A stretch of 64,000 nucleotides of DNA from Andalucia godoyi And28 (lineage: Eukaryota; Protista; Jakobida). Shown here in pieces: positions 51,757-62,516 of the stretch (the stretch's first letter is position 1; every line of letters begins with the position of its first letter). The notes beneath the pieces are model-generated. The model worked only from the letters and a program-made list of their open reading frames with translations, was not told where the DNA came from and did no database searches. The position numbers were made by a program, and so were the translations under genes. Where the stretch lies: NCBI GenBank assembly GCA_009859145.1, contig VRVR01000018.1, positions 67,688-131,687 of the forward strand. The letters are read 5' to 3'.

Positions 51757-52824
51757 TTGCTTCAACCGTGTGTGCTTCTTAAAAATGAGCGTAAAGAAAC
51801 GGAGATTTCAAGTTCCTCTGAAATTATGTGCATTGCTCGATTTTCTCTGCTGTGTATGAAGCAAAAGAGCGTGATGGACGTCGGATACAGCCATCACGTA
51901 AAGGCGGCCTTTGTGTTCGACGCTGCAAACGGGATATGTGCAGCGTTCATTATGAAGACTCTCGTCGCTCCGGTAGAACGAGTTCGGCATTTGCAAAGGA
52001 GTATTCCCGAGATCAGCAAGGTGAGTGCGTTCCGAGTCGCTGCATCAGTTGTGCAAGAGCTTGGCGTGAGTTCTTTATGGAAATCCACTGGATCCTATTC
52101 ACTTCGATATTCCCCACTGCAGGGTCTCAATTTTGCCTTCAAGGACTTGTTCCGTCGAACATGGGCCCATCACAGGAACGAGCACCGTTCCAGCTTGCCG
52201 CCGTGGGATCGAAATGTCGTGTGTGGTGCCACAGCTGGCATGACTTCTCTGCTTTTCATGTACCCTTCTGAACGATACTACCGTGCGTTGGCTCGGGCGG
52301 CAAAGGGTACTGCAAACCATGCAGTATCTGAATACTCGAGCTTGCTGGATTTCTGCCGAAGGACTGTTCACAAAGGCGGGTTTCGGTTACTGTATCGTGG
52401 GTTCTGCATGGCTGCAGTAAATGTGGCAGTCTACCGTGGTCTGTATTTTGGGGCATACGACTCGATTGCGCCGCTAATGCATCGTGAGCCACAGACCCTC
52501 TCTTCGTTCCTTATCGGGAGCTTCTTGCTTGGGTGGACTGTCGCAAGCACTGCAGGTCTTGTGTCGTATCCATTCATCACAGTCCGGCATCGCACGGTTG
52601 GAGCTTCCAATCCCCAGAACAGCAACGTGAACAATCGTCTCTCCATTATGGCGCACGTTCGCTGCGCGTCCGATATTTTGCGCACCGAAGGGCCCAAAGC
52701 CCTGTTCCGCGGCGGCCGGTCTGCACTGACGCTGCGCAGCATCACCGGCGGCGGTGTTCTTGCAATCTATGACTCGCTTCACCATCCGTATTTATTCGAT
52801 TTTCTCTTCCGTTCATTCGTGTGA
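51757..52824 (+). CDS. Divergent mitochondrial carrier, ADP/ATP translocase-like (start uncertain)
   Basis: APVERVRHL, RYSPLQGLNFAFKD, GATAGMTSLLFMYP, LYRGF...YRGLYFGAYD, SYPFITVRHR. Confidence 0.85.
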   Translation: MLQPCVLLKNERKETEISSSSEIMCIARFSLLCMKQKSVMDVGYSHHVKAAFVFDAANGICAAFIMKTLVAPVERVRHLQRSIPEISKVSAFRVAASVVQELGVSSLWKSTGSYSLRYSPLQGLNFAFKDLFRRTWAHHRNEHRSSLPPWDRNVVCGATAGMTSLLFMYPSERYYRALARAAKGTANHAVSEYSSLLDFCRRTVHKGGFRLLYRGFCMAAVNVAVYRGLYFGAYDSIAPLMHREPQTLSSFLIGSFLLGWTVASTAGLVSYPFITVRHRTVGASNPQNSNVNNRLSIMAHVRCASDILRTEGPKALFRGGRSALTLRSITGGGVLAIYDSLHHPYLFDFLFRSFV

Positions 52825-52966
52825 GCGCGATGATCACTCGCCGATGCTTTCATTGACTTTGGTTTTTGCCATTTGTTTTACTATTTTTATTCTTGTCGCT
52901 CCTGTCATCACCACCACCACCGGCTGCCGCCGTGGCCCTTGCTTTCTGCACTTCTCTGTTGACATA

Positions 52967-53584
52967 TTAGAACTGCTCGACATGAATGTCCTCGATGCGC
53001 AGAACAGTCATTGGCTGTCGGTGGCCGATCGTGCGCCGGTAGTTCTTTCTGCGACGCTTCTTGAAGACCATTTCCTTGTCGGCAAGCGTCTGCTCCTCGA
53101 TTGTTGCCATCACATGAGCAGGAAGCAAAGGACGCCCAACGAGGGTTTCCGCCTGCGAACCAATCATCAGAACCTGGTCCAACGTAATCTTTGTGCCAAT
53201 ATCACCCTCCAGCTTCTCTGCAAGAATGACATCGCCAACACTGACTTTGTATTGTTTTCCGCCGGTTGCAACAATCGCAAACATCAAAGGCTTTGAAACC
53301 TGCTGCACCTCGGCTTTCTCCGAGTTCGCAGTCTCAGCCGGCGCACTCCGCGGAGTTGAAGAAGGCTGCACAAGCACAGAAGCATCAATCTGGTACTTTT
53401 GCATCATCAAATCATGCGAAATCTTCACTGGAGAAAGCGAAGCAAGCGTTGGCGCAGATGCACTGGACTCAGCAGCAGAAAACGACGACGCCGAAGAAGA
53501 AGATGATGATGATGAAGAAGCGGCTCGTTGAAGCGCGAGGAACGGAGCTCGAGACACCAGCGAAAGTCTTTTAAACGCAAGCAT
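52967..53584 (-). CDS. MRPL21: Mitochondrial ribosomal protein bL21m with a presequence
   Basis: FAIVATGGKQYKV...FKKRRRKNYRRTIGHRQPMTVLRI. R/S/A-rich N-terminal extension. Confidence 0.95.
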   Translation of the reverse strand: MLAFKRLSLVSRAPFLALQRAASSSSSSSSSASSFSAAESSASAPTLASLSPVKISHDLMMQKYQIDASVLVQPSSTPRSAPAETANSEKAEVQQVSKPLMFAIVATGGKQYKVSVGDVILAEKLEGDIGTKITLDQVLMIGSQAETLVGRPLLPAHVMATIEEQTLADKEMVFKKRRRKNYRRTIGHRQPMTVLRIEDIHVEQF

Positions 53585-53777
53585 CCTAGTAGTCTCCTAC
53601 ACTTCAAAGTTCAAATTCAGTAAATGTCTCTTTTTTTCTTTTCTTTTTTTTCCTTTTTCTTCGACCGCTCTCTTCCCTTCTGCAGCGGCCTTTTCCCCTT
53701 CCCTCTCGATAACTCTCGATTGGATCAATAACAAGCAAGCCAGGAAAAAAGAAGAACCTACGGAAACACACCCCAAA

Positions 53778-53809
<32 letters not shown>
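53778..53809. repeat. (AAT)n microsatellite
   Basis: Perfect trinucleotide run. Confidence 0.95.
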
Positions 53810-53812
<3 letters not shown>

Positions 53813-54635
53813 TTTAAAAAACCAAGAAATAAAAAAAATTCATACGAAAGAGAAAGTAAGAAAGAGAAGATAGAAAAACACGCGAGTGAACTGAAGAAAC
53901 GGGAAATAGGGAAACAGAGAGAAGGCGAATAATCGTTCTCAGAGTAGGAGGACCATAGCAGAAAACCTCTCGACTACAGTGGAAGAAAGCTCATCGTCAG
54001 CAAACAACAGACAACAGAAAAAACGAGGTGCAACTTTTGCAAAATTTGACTTCGAAAAGGATTCGACTGACCCTCATAGCACAAAAGAAGCCCAAGTTGA
54101 ATATAGACGCATAACAACCCGTTTGAATTTGCTTTCCATTTGCTTAATTAAAGAATAATAACACAGATATATCAATAATTTTTAAATTTTTTTTTGTTTT
54201 AATTAACTTGTTTTGATTTCTGATCTTTTGTTGTTCCTTTCTGACTCTCTTTTGTTAAATTTTTTAATTGCTCTCTTTTCCAATCAAGACATACAGCGGC
54301 ATCACTTTTCTCTCCTTGTCTAAAAGCTACGGAGTAATCCTTGATGAACTGTACGTTGGACATCGCAACAAGGCTCTTCAGTTGAAAATATTATTCATAT
54401 ACCCACACACACACACACACACACGCACACACACACACACACACTGTACTTAATTGAGCAAAATGGACGGAATCGGCTCATCGAATTCAAATGTATGGTC
54501 CTTCTTCTTGATCTTCTTGTTCTTGTTGCCGGTTTGCGCATTGTACTTCGGGGAATCAACGTATGTACTAATCTGATTTGACGATCTTGTTCATGGATTT
54601 CATGCAAGTCGTTTCAACTGTATTTTGCATCGACT

Positions 54636-55883
54636 GTGATTTGGAGTGTGCTGCTGATTGGGTGGCTGCTGAATGGGATTTCTCATCGAATTGAGCGGAA
54701 CCCACTGCAAAAGCAGCTCATTCCAACACCGGTGATGAAGGTGGCTTCGAATGCAGCCCTTCTGTACTATTATTCAGAAAGCATTTCGAGTTCAGATTCC
54801 GACGATTTGAACTCGCCTTCCTATATACTGTCGCTCTGTTTGCTTGTGCTGCTGCAGATTGTTCTGTTTGCGACACTCATCGTCATTGCAAAAGGACTGC
54901 ACATCACGCGAGTGTCGCTGGATCCAGTGGAAGTGAGGTCGATTGGATGGAATTGCTTCTTTCTCGGGGTGTCCCTCGCAGCGTTCTTCTTTGTTTCCAT
55001 TTACTTTGTATTTCCGCTCGTCGTCACGTACGTCGTCGTCTTTGGACACATCTACTCGGGAATCGCTTCCAATCTTCGCGCACTGTCCGAGCATCTGCTT
55101 GCGCTGCTTTCCGATGAAATCGCAGAAGAAGACCCGGTTCGAAATCGCATTGCAGAGCAAGCAGACATTGCGAAGTTCAAACTGTTTAAGAACATTCAGA
55201 AGCTCATTACGCTTTTCTTGACAATCTCCGTTGTGAATTATCTCGTCAATCCGATCTTTTTGAACGAGATGTGGGTAAGGTCGCTCATTGACGAAATCTC
55301 ATTCTTGCTGCTCGTCGCTGGGATCGGCTGGTTGTTGCGGCTCCGGGACTTTTCCACATTCAGAGGCAACGGGACCAGCGGAAACTCGGCCGCTGTGGGG
55401 GTCTCCGGTTTGCCTGCCGCCGCGGAAAATGAGCCGTCTTCGTCGTCCGAAGATGAGGCACAAAGCAGAGTCGAGCAGGAAGAATTCCCGGAAATCATCG
55501 TCGTTGCCAACCCGCCTTCTGTCGACGGTACCGGCAAAGTCGTCAAGGAGAACATTGTTATGGGACGAAGAATGGCAGCATCAGACGATTTCCAGTCACA
55601 CACGTCGCCGGTTTCCCCTGTGCTTTCGCCGTACTCAGGAGCCGTTGTCTCGCCTGCTTCCAGTTCGTTGCATCCTGGGGGAAATGCGGCACCGTCTTCG
55701 GTTGCTTCGAATGTAGTGCTCGTGAACTCGCTGTCGACGCTGGCTGCCGTGCAGGGGCACCAGCGCGCAGGATCAACGCAGCAGTACTCAGAGCGAGATG
55801 CCGGATTAGCCTCTCCAGCTTCCACAAGCTTGCCGGGCTCTGCAGACGAATCGGATTCCAGGAGGAGTTCGCAAGGTTCCTAA
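54636..55883 (+). CDS. Multi-pass membrane protein, GPR107/TMEM87 (lung 7TM)-like; 5' end probably spliced upstream
   Basis: About seven hydrophobic helices followed by a Ser/acidic cytosolic tail. A possible GTATGT...AG intron at 54561-54608 extends the frame upstream. Confidence 0.6.
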   Translation: MIWSVLLIGWLLNGISHRIERNPLQKQLIPTPVMKVASNAALLYYYSESISSSDSDDLNSPSYILSLCLLVLLQIVLFATLIVIAKGLHITRVSLDPVEVRSIGWNCFFLGVSLAAFFFVSIYFVFPLVVTYVVVFGHIYSGIASNLRALSEHLLALLSDEIAEEDPVRNRIAEQADIAKFKLFKNIQKLITLFLTISVVNYLVNPIFLNEMWVRSLIDEISFLLLVAGIGWLLRLRDFSTFRGNGTSGNSAAVGVSGLPAAAENEPSSSSEDEAQSRVEQEEFPEIIVVANPPSVDGTGKVVKENIVMGRRMAASDDFQSHTSPVSPVLSPYSGAVVSPASSSLHPGGNAAPSSVASNVVLVNSLSTLAAVQGHQRAGSTQQYSERDAGLASPASTSLPGSADESDSRRSSQGS

Positions 55884-56054
55884 TTTTTCGACTAACGCGC
55901 CGCTGTCGAAGCCTTCCACTTCCTCTTCTTCTTTTTCCACGTGCTTCGCATTGTAGATTTTTTGCGACGTATTTTTTGGAATGTTGGTTTCTTTCACCTT
56001 CTGTTTATCGTGATACGGAAGCTATATTGCTCGTTCGTTCGATGAAACGCTGCC

Positions 56055-56756
56055 TTACATGTCTCTGACCGTCACGACGATACGATCTCCATCCGCTACG
56101 GACTGGGCAGCAATTGCAGATGATCCTGCGAGTTCCGAGCTGAAGGGCTTGGTCTCAAAGGGACGTGCGCCGTCCCACTCAAACTTTTGGAACTCATACG
56201 ATCCGCGTGCCTGAAAGCCGCATCGAGACAGAGATTTCAAAGCGCGTGGGCTTGTGCACTCCGCAACTGCCATATGATATCCTTTCTCCTTGGCGAGATG
56301 CAGTGCCGCGACTACCATATCGGCAACAACGCCGTGTTTGCGATATGCAGGATGCACGCCTATCGCCAAAATATGCACCTTTCGAACACCTTCGGGGAGG
56401 TGGACATTACTTTCCGCGGCCTTTATGAGTTCGAGGACCGGTGCGTACTCGGGGAAGTCGTGCGAAGCGGCCTGAAAGCGCGTTTCTCCCGAGCCAAACG
56501 GCTTCTCATAGTCCATCACGCAAATCGCTCCCACCGTTTGTTTTGTGAAAACGTCCTTGGCAACGACGGAAAGGCCATTCGACGCGCACACCGCCATAAA
56601 TCGCCCTACGCACTCCGTCACTTGGTGGTGCGTCAAATGCAAGCGTTTGAACATTTCCTCCTCCATCAACGCCTCTGCCATCATTTCCGTTGCTCCTTGC
56701 ATGTCAGCAGGCTCCATTTTCAGGACCTGCACTGCGATTTCAAGTGTTGCATCCAT
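56055..56756 (-). CDS. GNAT acetyltransferase (insect-type arylalkylamine NAT-like), paralog A
   Basis: Motif A HILAIGVHPAYRKHGV, AECTS...GF. Aligns over its full length with 57654-58361. Confidence 0.85.
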   Translation of the reverse strand: MDATLEIAVQVLKMEPADMQGATEMMAEALMEEEMFKRLHLTHHQVTECVGRFMAVCASNGLSVVAKDVFTKQTVGAICVMDYEKPFGSGETRFQAASHDFPEYAPVLELIKAAESNVHLPEGVRKVHILAIGVHPAYRKHGVVADMVVAALHLAKEKGYHMAVAECTSPRALKSLSRCGFQARGSYEFQKFEWDGARPFETKPFSSELAGSSAIAAQSVADGDRIVVTVRDM

Positions 56757-57064
56757 TCAGAGTTTACTATTCGCAGTACACATACAGTCAAAAAAAAAAC
56801 AAAAAAAACTAGAGTTTCAATTTTATTTATACAGAAAACAAAAGTGGCGATCACGAAGAGAGTACCTGGGTCGAGAAGGAGCCCGGATTGTGCGGTCTCC
56901 CCGTTTTTCTCCCATTTTTCGCTGTGTGGCATGAGTGGGTGGTAGTGGTACTGCAACCGCATGTGTGCGTGACTGCAAGTCTCTAATTTTGGGGGTGTAC
57001 TCGAAGCATGCAGGAAGAGAGATCTGCTCACGCCAATGTCTTTCTCTTTACTCGTCCCTGCAAC

Positions 57065-57168
57065 GCCTACATAATACACTGAACATGCATATCTACGAAT
57101 AGGCATGCATATTCAATCCTGCATCCCGTTGCCGGGAAGGGGATCGGCCCCAACACGCCCCACGGCGT
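57065..57168 (-). ncRNA. Predicted omegaRNA scaffold, copy 3
   Basis: Same hairpins as copy 2, with an extra mismatch in the long stem. Confidence 0.6.
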
Positions 57169-57664
57169 TCTTCAGATAAATGCTCCGCGCTCCGTTCCCA
57201 ATCTCGATCAATCTGTGAGCCACTTTCTCAGCGTGACACGGTGTTCCTGAGAAGGATGCATTTTGATGCTGACGGCCCTAGCAGCAGGCGCTTTCGTGTC
57301 CTCAGTTGCAGCGATTGATGCAGCTGGAGATACGAGAGTAGGAAGAGGTGGTAGGTGTAGTGACACGCGGTCTCTTAGGAGGTCTGCGGGACCTAGGAGG
57401 CCCTGTATCGAGCGGCGTAGGCGTAGGCGAATGCGTCATCCCAGCGCACTCACACCCATATTTGAATTAAAAAAAGCGAAACCAACGAATGATAGAATAG
57501 ATGGCTACGGATGTTGCCTTGAAGAGTGTCGAAAATGCGGAGCCTGTGCGTGCGTAAGCACGAATTCCCAGTGAAACAAACGTGCTAGTGTCGGCCAGTA
57601 TTGACCGTGTCTGTTTATGTATACTTTCCTTCCGTATGCATGACAATGGCGTGTTATGATTCAA
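57065..57664 (-). mobile_element. Non-autonomous TnpB/Fanzor2-derived element, copy 3 (same deletion type as copy 1)
   Basis: Homologous to copy 1 (about 10 substitutions and 1 indel in ~255 nt by hand count). Encodes RAVSIKMHPSQEHRVTLRKW joined to DRD/NGARSIYLKN. ACCG at 57665-57668 (minus strand). Confidence 0.92.
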
Positions 57665-58361
57665 CGGTTGACGGCTCGTACATCTCCTTCACTGCAATGA
57701 TGATCCTGTCATGAGAAGACGTGTCGACTGCGTACTTTTTCGAGCTGTCTAAGCGGAACGGATGTGTTCCGTTCCATTCGAACGCAGCATACTCGTAAGA
57801 CCCACGAGTTTCGAACCCGGATCTCGTGAGCGCCAACACGGCCGCACGGCTTGTGCACTCTGCAATCGCCATGTGATATCCCTGTCGCAGAGCAAGTTCG
57901 AGAGAAAGGTTCGTCATCTTCCTCAGGACTCCGAGTCCACGGTACTCTGGCTCCACTCCAGCGGTTAGAATATGGAGTTTCCTCATGTACTTCGGAAAAT
58001 CAACTTCGTGCTCCGCAGTTTTAATGAGCTCGACTGCAGGCGCATACTCCGGAAAGAGAGCTTGCGAGGCATCGAACCGAGATTCTCCGGACGGAAAAGG
58101 CCGCGTGTGATCCACGGCAAGCAGCGCAGCGACAGGGCGTTTGGAGAACACATCTTCCGCCACGACGGAAAGCCCATTAGTGGTGCAGACTCCAAGAAAC
58201 CGCCCCACGTACTCGGAGATTTGGTGTCGAGAAAGACACAGTCGCACAAACATGGGCTCTTCAGACAGAATATTCGTCAGCATTTCCACAAGCGCTGGCG
58301 AGAGATCGGCAGCCCCCATCTTCCGAACCGTGATGGAAGCATCGGACTTTGATCGAAACAT
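57654..58361 (-). CDS. GNAT acetyltransferase, paralog B; last codons and stop supplied by element copy 3
   Basis: HILTAGVEPEYRGLGV, AECTS. The terminal VES* codons lie inside the element left end. Confidence 0.85.
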   Translation of the reverse strand: MFRSKSDASITVRKMGAADLSPALVEMLTNILSEEPMFVRLCLSRHQISEYVGRFLGVCTTNGLSVVAEDVFSKRPVAALLAVDHTRPFPSGESRFDASQALFPEYAPAVELIKTAEHEVDFPKYMRKLHILTAGVEPEYRGLGVLRKMTNLSLELALRQGYHMAIAECTSRAAVLALTRSGFETRGSYEYAAFEWNGTHPFRLDSSKKYAVDTSSHDRIIIAVKEMYEPSTVES

Positions 58362-58753
58362 TCTTTCCCTTCCCTCCTCCTCAGCTTCGCATTCGTGTTA
58401 TTATGATAGCTGTCCGGAGTATTATGATTTACAAGTGTAGCAACGAGGGGTGTTTGGGGGATCGCAAGAGAATAAAGAAAAAGAAAGAAAGACAGAACAC
58501 GTCTTTTCTTTCACCCAACCATTTTTTTAATTTTCTTTTTTTTTTTCTGTGTTTGTGTGCGTGTGTGCTGAGGTTCAGTTGGATATATTTTTGGCGCTTT
58601 CTCCTTTTGCGCTATTTTTACTGTTTCTTACCCGAATCGGATAAAACCACCGGAGTCGAATTTCCATTTTTGCAACATTTGCAAAGTCGACTGTCGAACT
58701 CCAAAAGGGACTTCGGAAAGCTCGCCGACGTTGTGGTGTTTAATGATTCAACC

Positions 58754-58755
<2 letters not shown>

Positions 58756-58802
<47 letters not shown>
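58756..58802. repeat. (TTA)n microsatellite
   Basis: Perfect trinucleotide run. Confidence 0.97.
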
Positions 58803-58803
<1 letters not shown>

Positions 58804-58835
58804 TGTATAGGTTACAAACAGTTCTTTCTGGAAGA

Positions 58836-61043
58836 TCACAGTAGAATTCCAGCGCCATCGTGCATGTCATCTTCTGCAATGATAGTATAGGTGGGTTTTC
58901 GGCGAAATAATAAATTTCGAAACGATTTGAACAGGTGCTGAAAATCCATGGATTTTCGATAAAGGACAATTGTTCCAGAGAAGATGACAGCGATGACGAA
59001 CACAATAAAGCAGATCAAACTCAGAATCTTCCAAGGCCCGTAGGAGCTCTCGACATCTTGGTCATCAAACAGATAGTCGGAAACCGTTGCCGGGCACTTC
59101 TGATACCGAAGGAGAAACTGGTCATGAGAAATGCAAGAATCAAAGGGCACAAAATAACAACCGCTCACCGGATAGTACATGTCTGTGCCACACCACGCAG
59201 GAGGAGTCGTCTTGTTGAGAAACGACGCATTTCCAGAACCCCCCTCACCAACCAGCGGCAACATGGATTGGAATTGCGATTGGCAATCGGCAGCAACTGA
59301 GCAATCACAATGGTCCTCTTGCCACGACGAGAAGGGAAGAGATGGAAGCGCACACGCATTCGCCACAAACAATGCAGCGGTGCTGTTCAAACGACGTCCT
59401 AGTAAACACTCAACATCAGCGTGCTTTCCAGACATTGAAAGACGTTGTGAATGGAAATACTTGCATTTTGACAGCGATAATGAAAACTCTACGTACAAGG
59501 TGGAAAACACGGGCGATTTCTTTTCCAGCATGAACACTATGGCACGGTGGGAACCGTCTGTGAAGGCAGTCTGCATGGCATATTCGTTTTCACTGTCGAC
59601 AACATCTGGCACATTCACCGCTTCCCAGCTCATGCTGGAATCCAATGAGTACATCAACAAGTCTTCGGATTCGGGGAGGGATACCAGTCTATCTCCAATG
59701 GCAAACAGGACTGTCGAGGACATCGACGTGACGTATCGAAAGGAAGACTTTGCGGTCACATTCTCGAATGTGACTCCAAAATCGGATGACCGCAGGAGAT
59801 ACGGGGGATTCAACAGCAGCAGCGGAAGAAAGCCGAAATGCTGGAGAGACGAAGAAGGAGAATTTGCGACGTCGCCCATTTTTGCAAATGACAAACCATA
59901 GTGGTGCGAAATGAAAATTCCTTCGGGAGGGTGCGACAGCGTCCACACTCGCTTCTCCTCGTCAATAGCGCGCAGTGCAAACAAGCTCGAATAAAAGGGC
60001 TGCATGCATCCAGCATACGATTGCGCGATCGGATCAAAAAACAAGCATTCGTCGAGAATTACATAGTGCCCCCCAAGAATCAGGGACATCAACAGACGGG
60101 ATCCAAGGTTCACAGCATCCTCAATGACCACAAACTGGCGACCAAAGTCCAGGGATATGTACATCAACGTATCGACCGCAGCATGCGACTCGCGCATCGG
60201 CCCTCCATGTCCGTCGTGGGCATTGAACTGCGTGGTCGATACAGCAACACAAAGAATCACATCTGCAACGAATCTGCAGTCGTCGAACTCATAGTTGCGG
60301 TTGGTCCATCCGTTCACATGAATAAACTTGTCTGCTGCGAGCATAGCCCATTCTGAATGTTTTGAATGCCACTGCCCACCCGTGGATCCAAAATGCCTCC
60401 CAACGTCCTTTGGAGCACCCATATGTACAATCCTTCGTTGCTCCGTATCCAGCAGGTACGCAACACCTTTCGCAGTCTCGAACGACGCATAGAACGGAAG
60501 CGCTGGATGAAACTCAAACCGTCGAATGTCTCCAGATAGCTGGCCAAGTAAATTAAACTCTGCATCCAAGAGTGTGCGTCTTGAAGAAAACAAGATAACC
60601 GTGTCCCTTGCTGTCGGATGCTGATAGATCGCTGAGAATCGCATATTGTCCCTCTCAAGCGCCCACATCTTCCCAGCAGACGACCCGTGCGTCACAAGTC
60701 TGAATAGCAACCCAGACGATGCAAGTAATAGTACAGAATCAGACAAGAAACACACGGCTTTCGGCGCACTTCGCTCCATCGGAATATGAGACAAATAAAC
60801 AGAAGGCTGCTGCGAACTCATGTACGAAACTCGAACGCTCCGGCTGTTCGTACCCCTATTGTCGTTATTATTATCATCCTCATTATGATCATTATTATTA
60901 TTCTTGTGGTGATGAGGATGGTGACGATGCTGTTGTTGTTGTAGCAAGTCCATGCCATCGGCCACTGCGACCGCAGCCGAAGCAGCAGTAACCAGCAGCA
61001 AAAGCACGAGACAAAAAACCCATTTCCCAAGCCGCGAACACAT
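58836..61043 (-). CDS. VPS10/sortilin-like type I membrane receptor
   Basis: Signal peptide; BNR/Asp-box repeats (ISLDFGRQF, ISHHYGLSF, RSSDFGVTF, YSLDSSMSW); Cys-rich membrane-proximal module; one TM helix; tail with YTII and acidic DDMHDGAGILL. Confidence 0.75.
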   Translation of the reverse strand: MCSRLGKWVFCLVLLLLVTAASAAVAVADGMDLLQQQQHRHHPHHHKNNNNDHNEDDNNNDNRGTNSRSVRVSYMSSQQPSVYLSHIPMERSAPKAVCFLSDSVLLLASSGLLFRLVTHGSSAGKMWALERDNMRFSAIYQHPTARDTVILFSSRRTLLDAEFNLLGQLSGDIRRFEFHPALPFYASFETAKGVAYLLDTEQRRIVHMGAPKDVGRHFGSTGGQWHSKHSEWAMLAADKFIHVNGWTNRNYEFDDCRFVADVILCVAVSTTQFNAHDGHGGPMRESHAAVDTLMYISLDFGRQFVVIEDAVNLGSRLLMSLILGGHYVILDECLFFDPIAQSYAGCMQPFYSSLFALRAIDEEKRVWTLSHPPEGIFISHHYGLSFAKMGDVANSPSSSLQHFGFLPLLLLNPPYLLRSSDFGVTFENVTAKSSFRYVTSMSSTVLFAIGDRLVSLPESEDLLMYSLDSSMSWEAVNVPDVVDSENEYAMQTAFTDGSHRAIVFMLEKKSPVFSTLYVEFSLSLSKCKYFHSQRLSMSGKHADVECLLGRRLNSTAALFVANACALPSLPFSSWQEDHCDCSVAADCQSQFQSMLPLVGEGGSGNASFLNKTTPPAWCGTDMYYPVSGCYFVPFDSCISHDQFLLRYQKCPATVSDYLFDDQDVESSYGPWKILSLICFIVFVIAVIFSGTIVLYRKSMDFQHLFKSFRNLLFRRKPTYTIIAEDDMHDGAGILL

Positions 61044-61472
61044 TATTTTCGTTTATCCTTCTTTGTGCATCTGTCCTTTGTGTATGCTCGGAAATAAACT
61101 GAAAACTCGCATATGAATTTATGAAAAAATCGATTCTTTTGTATTACTGTGATTATTATTATTATTCTTGGGTGGTAGCGTTACGGCAGTCGGAGAGTCG
61201 GGCATTTTTTGCTTCCGCGAGAACGAAGCTCGTTTGCTTGATGCTTATGCTTGATGCTTGATGCTTGAAATGACCTCTGGTCCCTCTCTCCCGAATTTGC
61301 GCAACACAAAACCCGTCGTTTCCCTTATCCGAAAGTCTTATTATTGCTGCCTTTGGTCGTTTCTCTCTCTCTCTCTCTCTCTCTTTGTGGCATATTGGCG
61401 TTTTGTTTGTTTTTTAAAAATCAATTTAAATCCAAGTTATTTAAATTACTTTTTTACGGACTGCAAAGAGGA

Positions 61473-62516
61473 ATGACGAACACGGCACTTATTTTGGTTG
61501 GCGGATATGGAACCCGTCTTCGTCCGTTTACGTTTTCGAAGCCAAAGCCTGCGGTTCCGTTTGCGAACAAGCCGATGTTGGCGCATCAGATCGAGGCGCT
61601 TCACAAGGCCGGAGTGACAAAGGTAGTGCTTGCAGTTTCGTACAAGAGCGACGACATGCGTGCTGCCATTGAGCCGATTGCCACTGCTTTGGGAGTGGAG
61701 CTTGTGTTTTCTCTCGAGGAGACGCCGCTGGGAACTGCCGGACCGCTGGCCTTGGCCCGGGAACACCTGCAGTCGTCCGATAATATCTTTATGCTTAACT
61801 CGGATGTCACGTGCTCGTTCCCGTTTGAAGAGATGCTTGCTTTCCACACCGCACACAAGGCAGAAGGCACAATTCTTGTTACCAAGGTCACCGATCCGTC
61901 AAAGTACGGAGTTGTAGTTGCGAACGAGCAGGGTAAGGTCGAGCGGTTTGTTGAAAAGCCGCAGACGTGGGTCGGAGATCGCATCAATGCGGGAATCTAC
62001 ATTTTGTCGCCCAAGATCCTCAGCCGCATTTCACCCAAGCCAACGTCGATCGAGAGAGAGACGTTCCCTGCAATGGCGAACGATGGACAGCTTTACATGT
62101 TTGATCTGCAGGGATTCTGGATGGACGTTGGGCAGCCAAAGGACTATATCACGGGGTCACAGCTGTATCTCAAGCACATCAAGCAGGATAAGCTTGTCGA
62201 ACCGTCCGCAAAGATTGATGGCGACGCAGTCATCGGACACAATGTTATCATTGGTGCAAACTGCGTTGTGAAGAAGGGCGCAAAGCTCTCAAACTGCACG
62301 TTGATGGACGGAGTCGTTGTGGAGGAATCAGCATTTGTCAAGGACTCCATCATCGGGTGGAAGTCTCGCATCGGAAAGTTCGCCCGCGTCACTGATCTTT
62401 GCATCATCGGTGAGGACGTCGACATCAAGGACGAAATCGTTGTTGTGGGAGTCACGGTCTGCCCACACAAGTCCGTTGGGGAGTCCATTTATGAAAAGGG
62501 ACGGGTGGTTCTCTAA
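61473..62516 (+). CDS. GMPPB: Mannose-1-phosphate guanylyltransferase (GDP-mannose pyrophosphorylase)
   Basis: ALILVGGYGTRLRPFT.SKPKP, EETPLGTAGPLALA, KYGVVV...FVEKP, FWMDVGQPKDY, hexapeptide C-terminus. Confidence 0.96.
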   Translation: MTNTALILVGGYGTRLRPFTFSKPKPAVPFANKPMLAHQIEALHKAGVTKVVLAVSYKSDDMRAAIEPIATALGVELVFSLEETPLGTAGPLALAREHLQSSDNIFMLNSDVTCSFPFEEMLAFHTAHKAEGTILVTKVTDPSKYGVVVANEQGKVERFVEKPQTWVGDRINAGIYILSPKILSRISPKPTSIERETFPAMANDGQLYMFDLQGFWMDVGQPKDYITGSQLYLKHIKQDKLVEPSAKIDGDAVIGHNVIIGANCVVKKGAKLSNCTLMDGVVVEESAFVKDSIIGWKSRIGKFARVTDLCIIGEDVDIKDEIVVVGVTVCPHKSVGESIYEKGRVVL

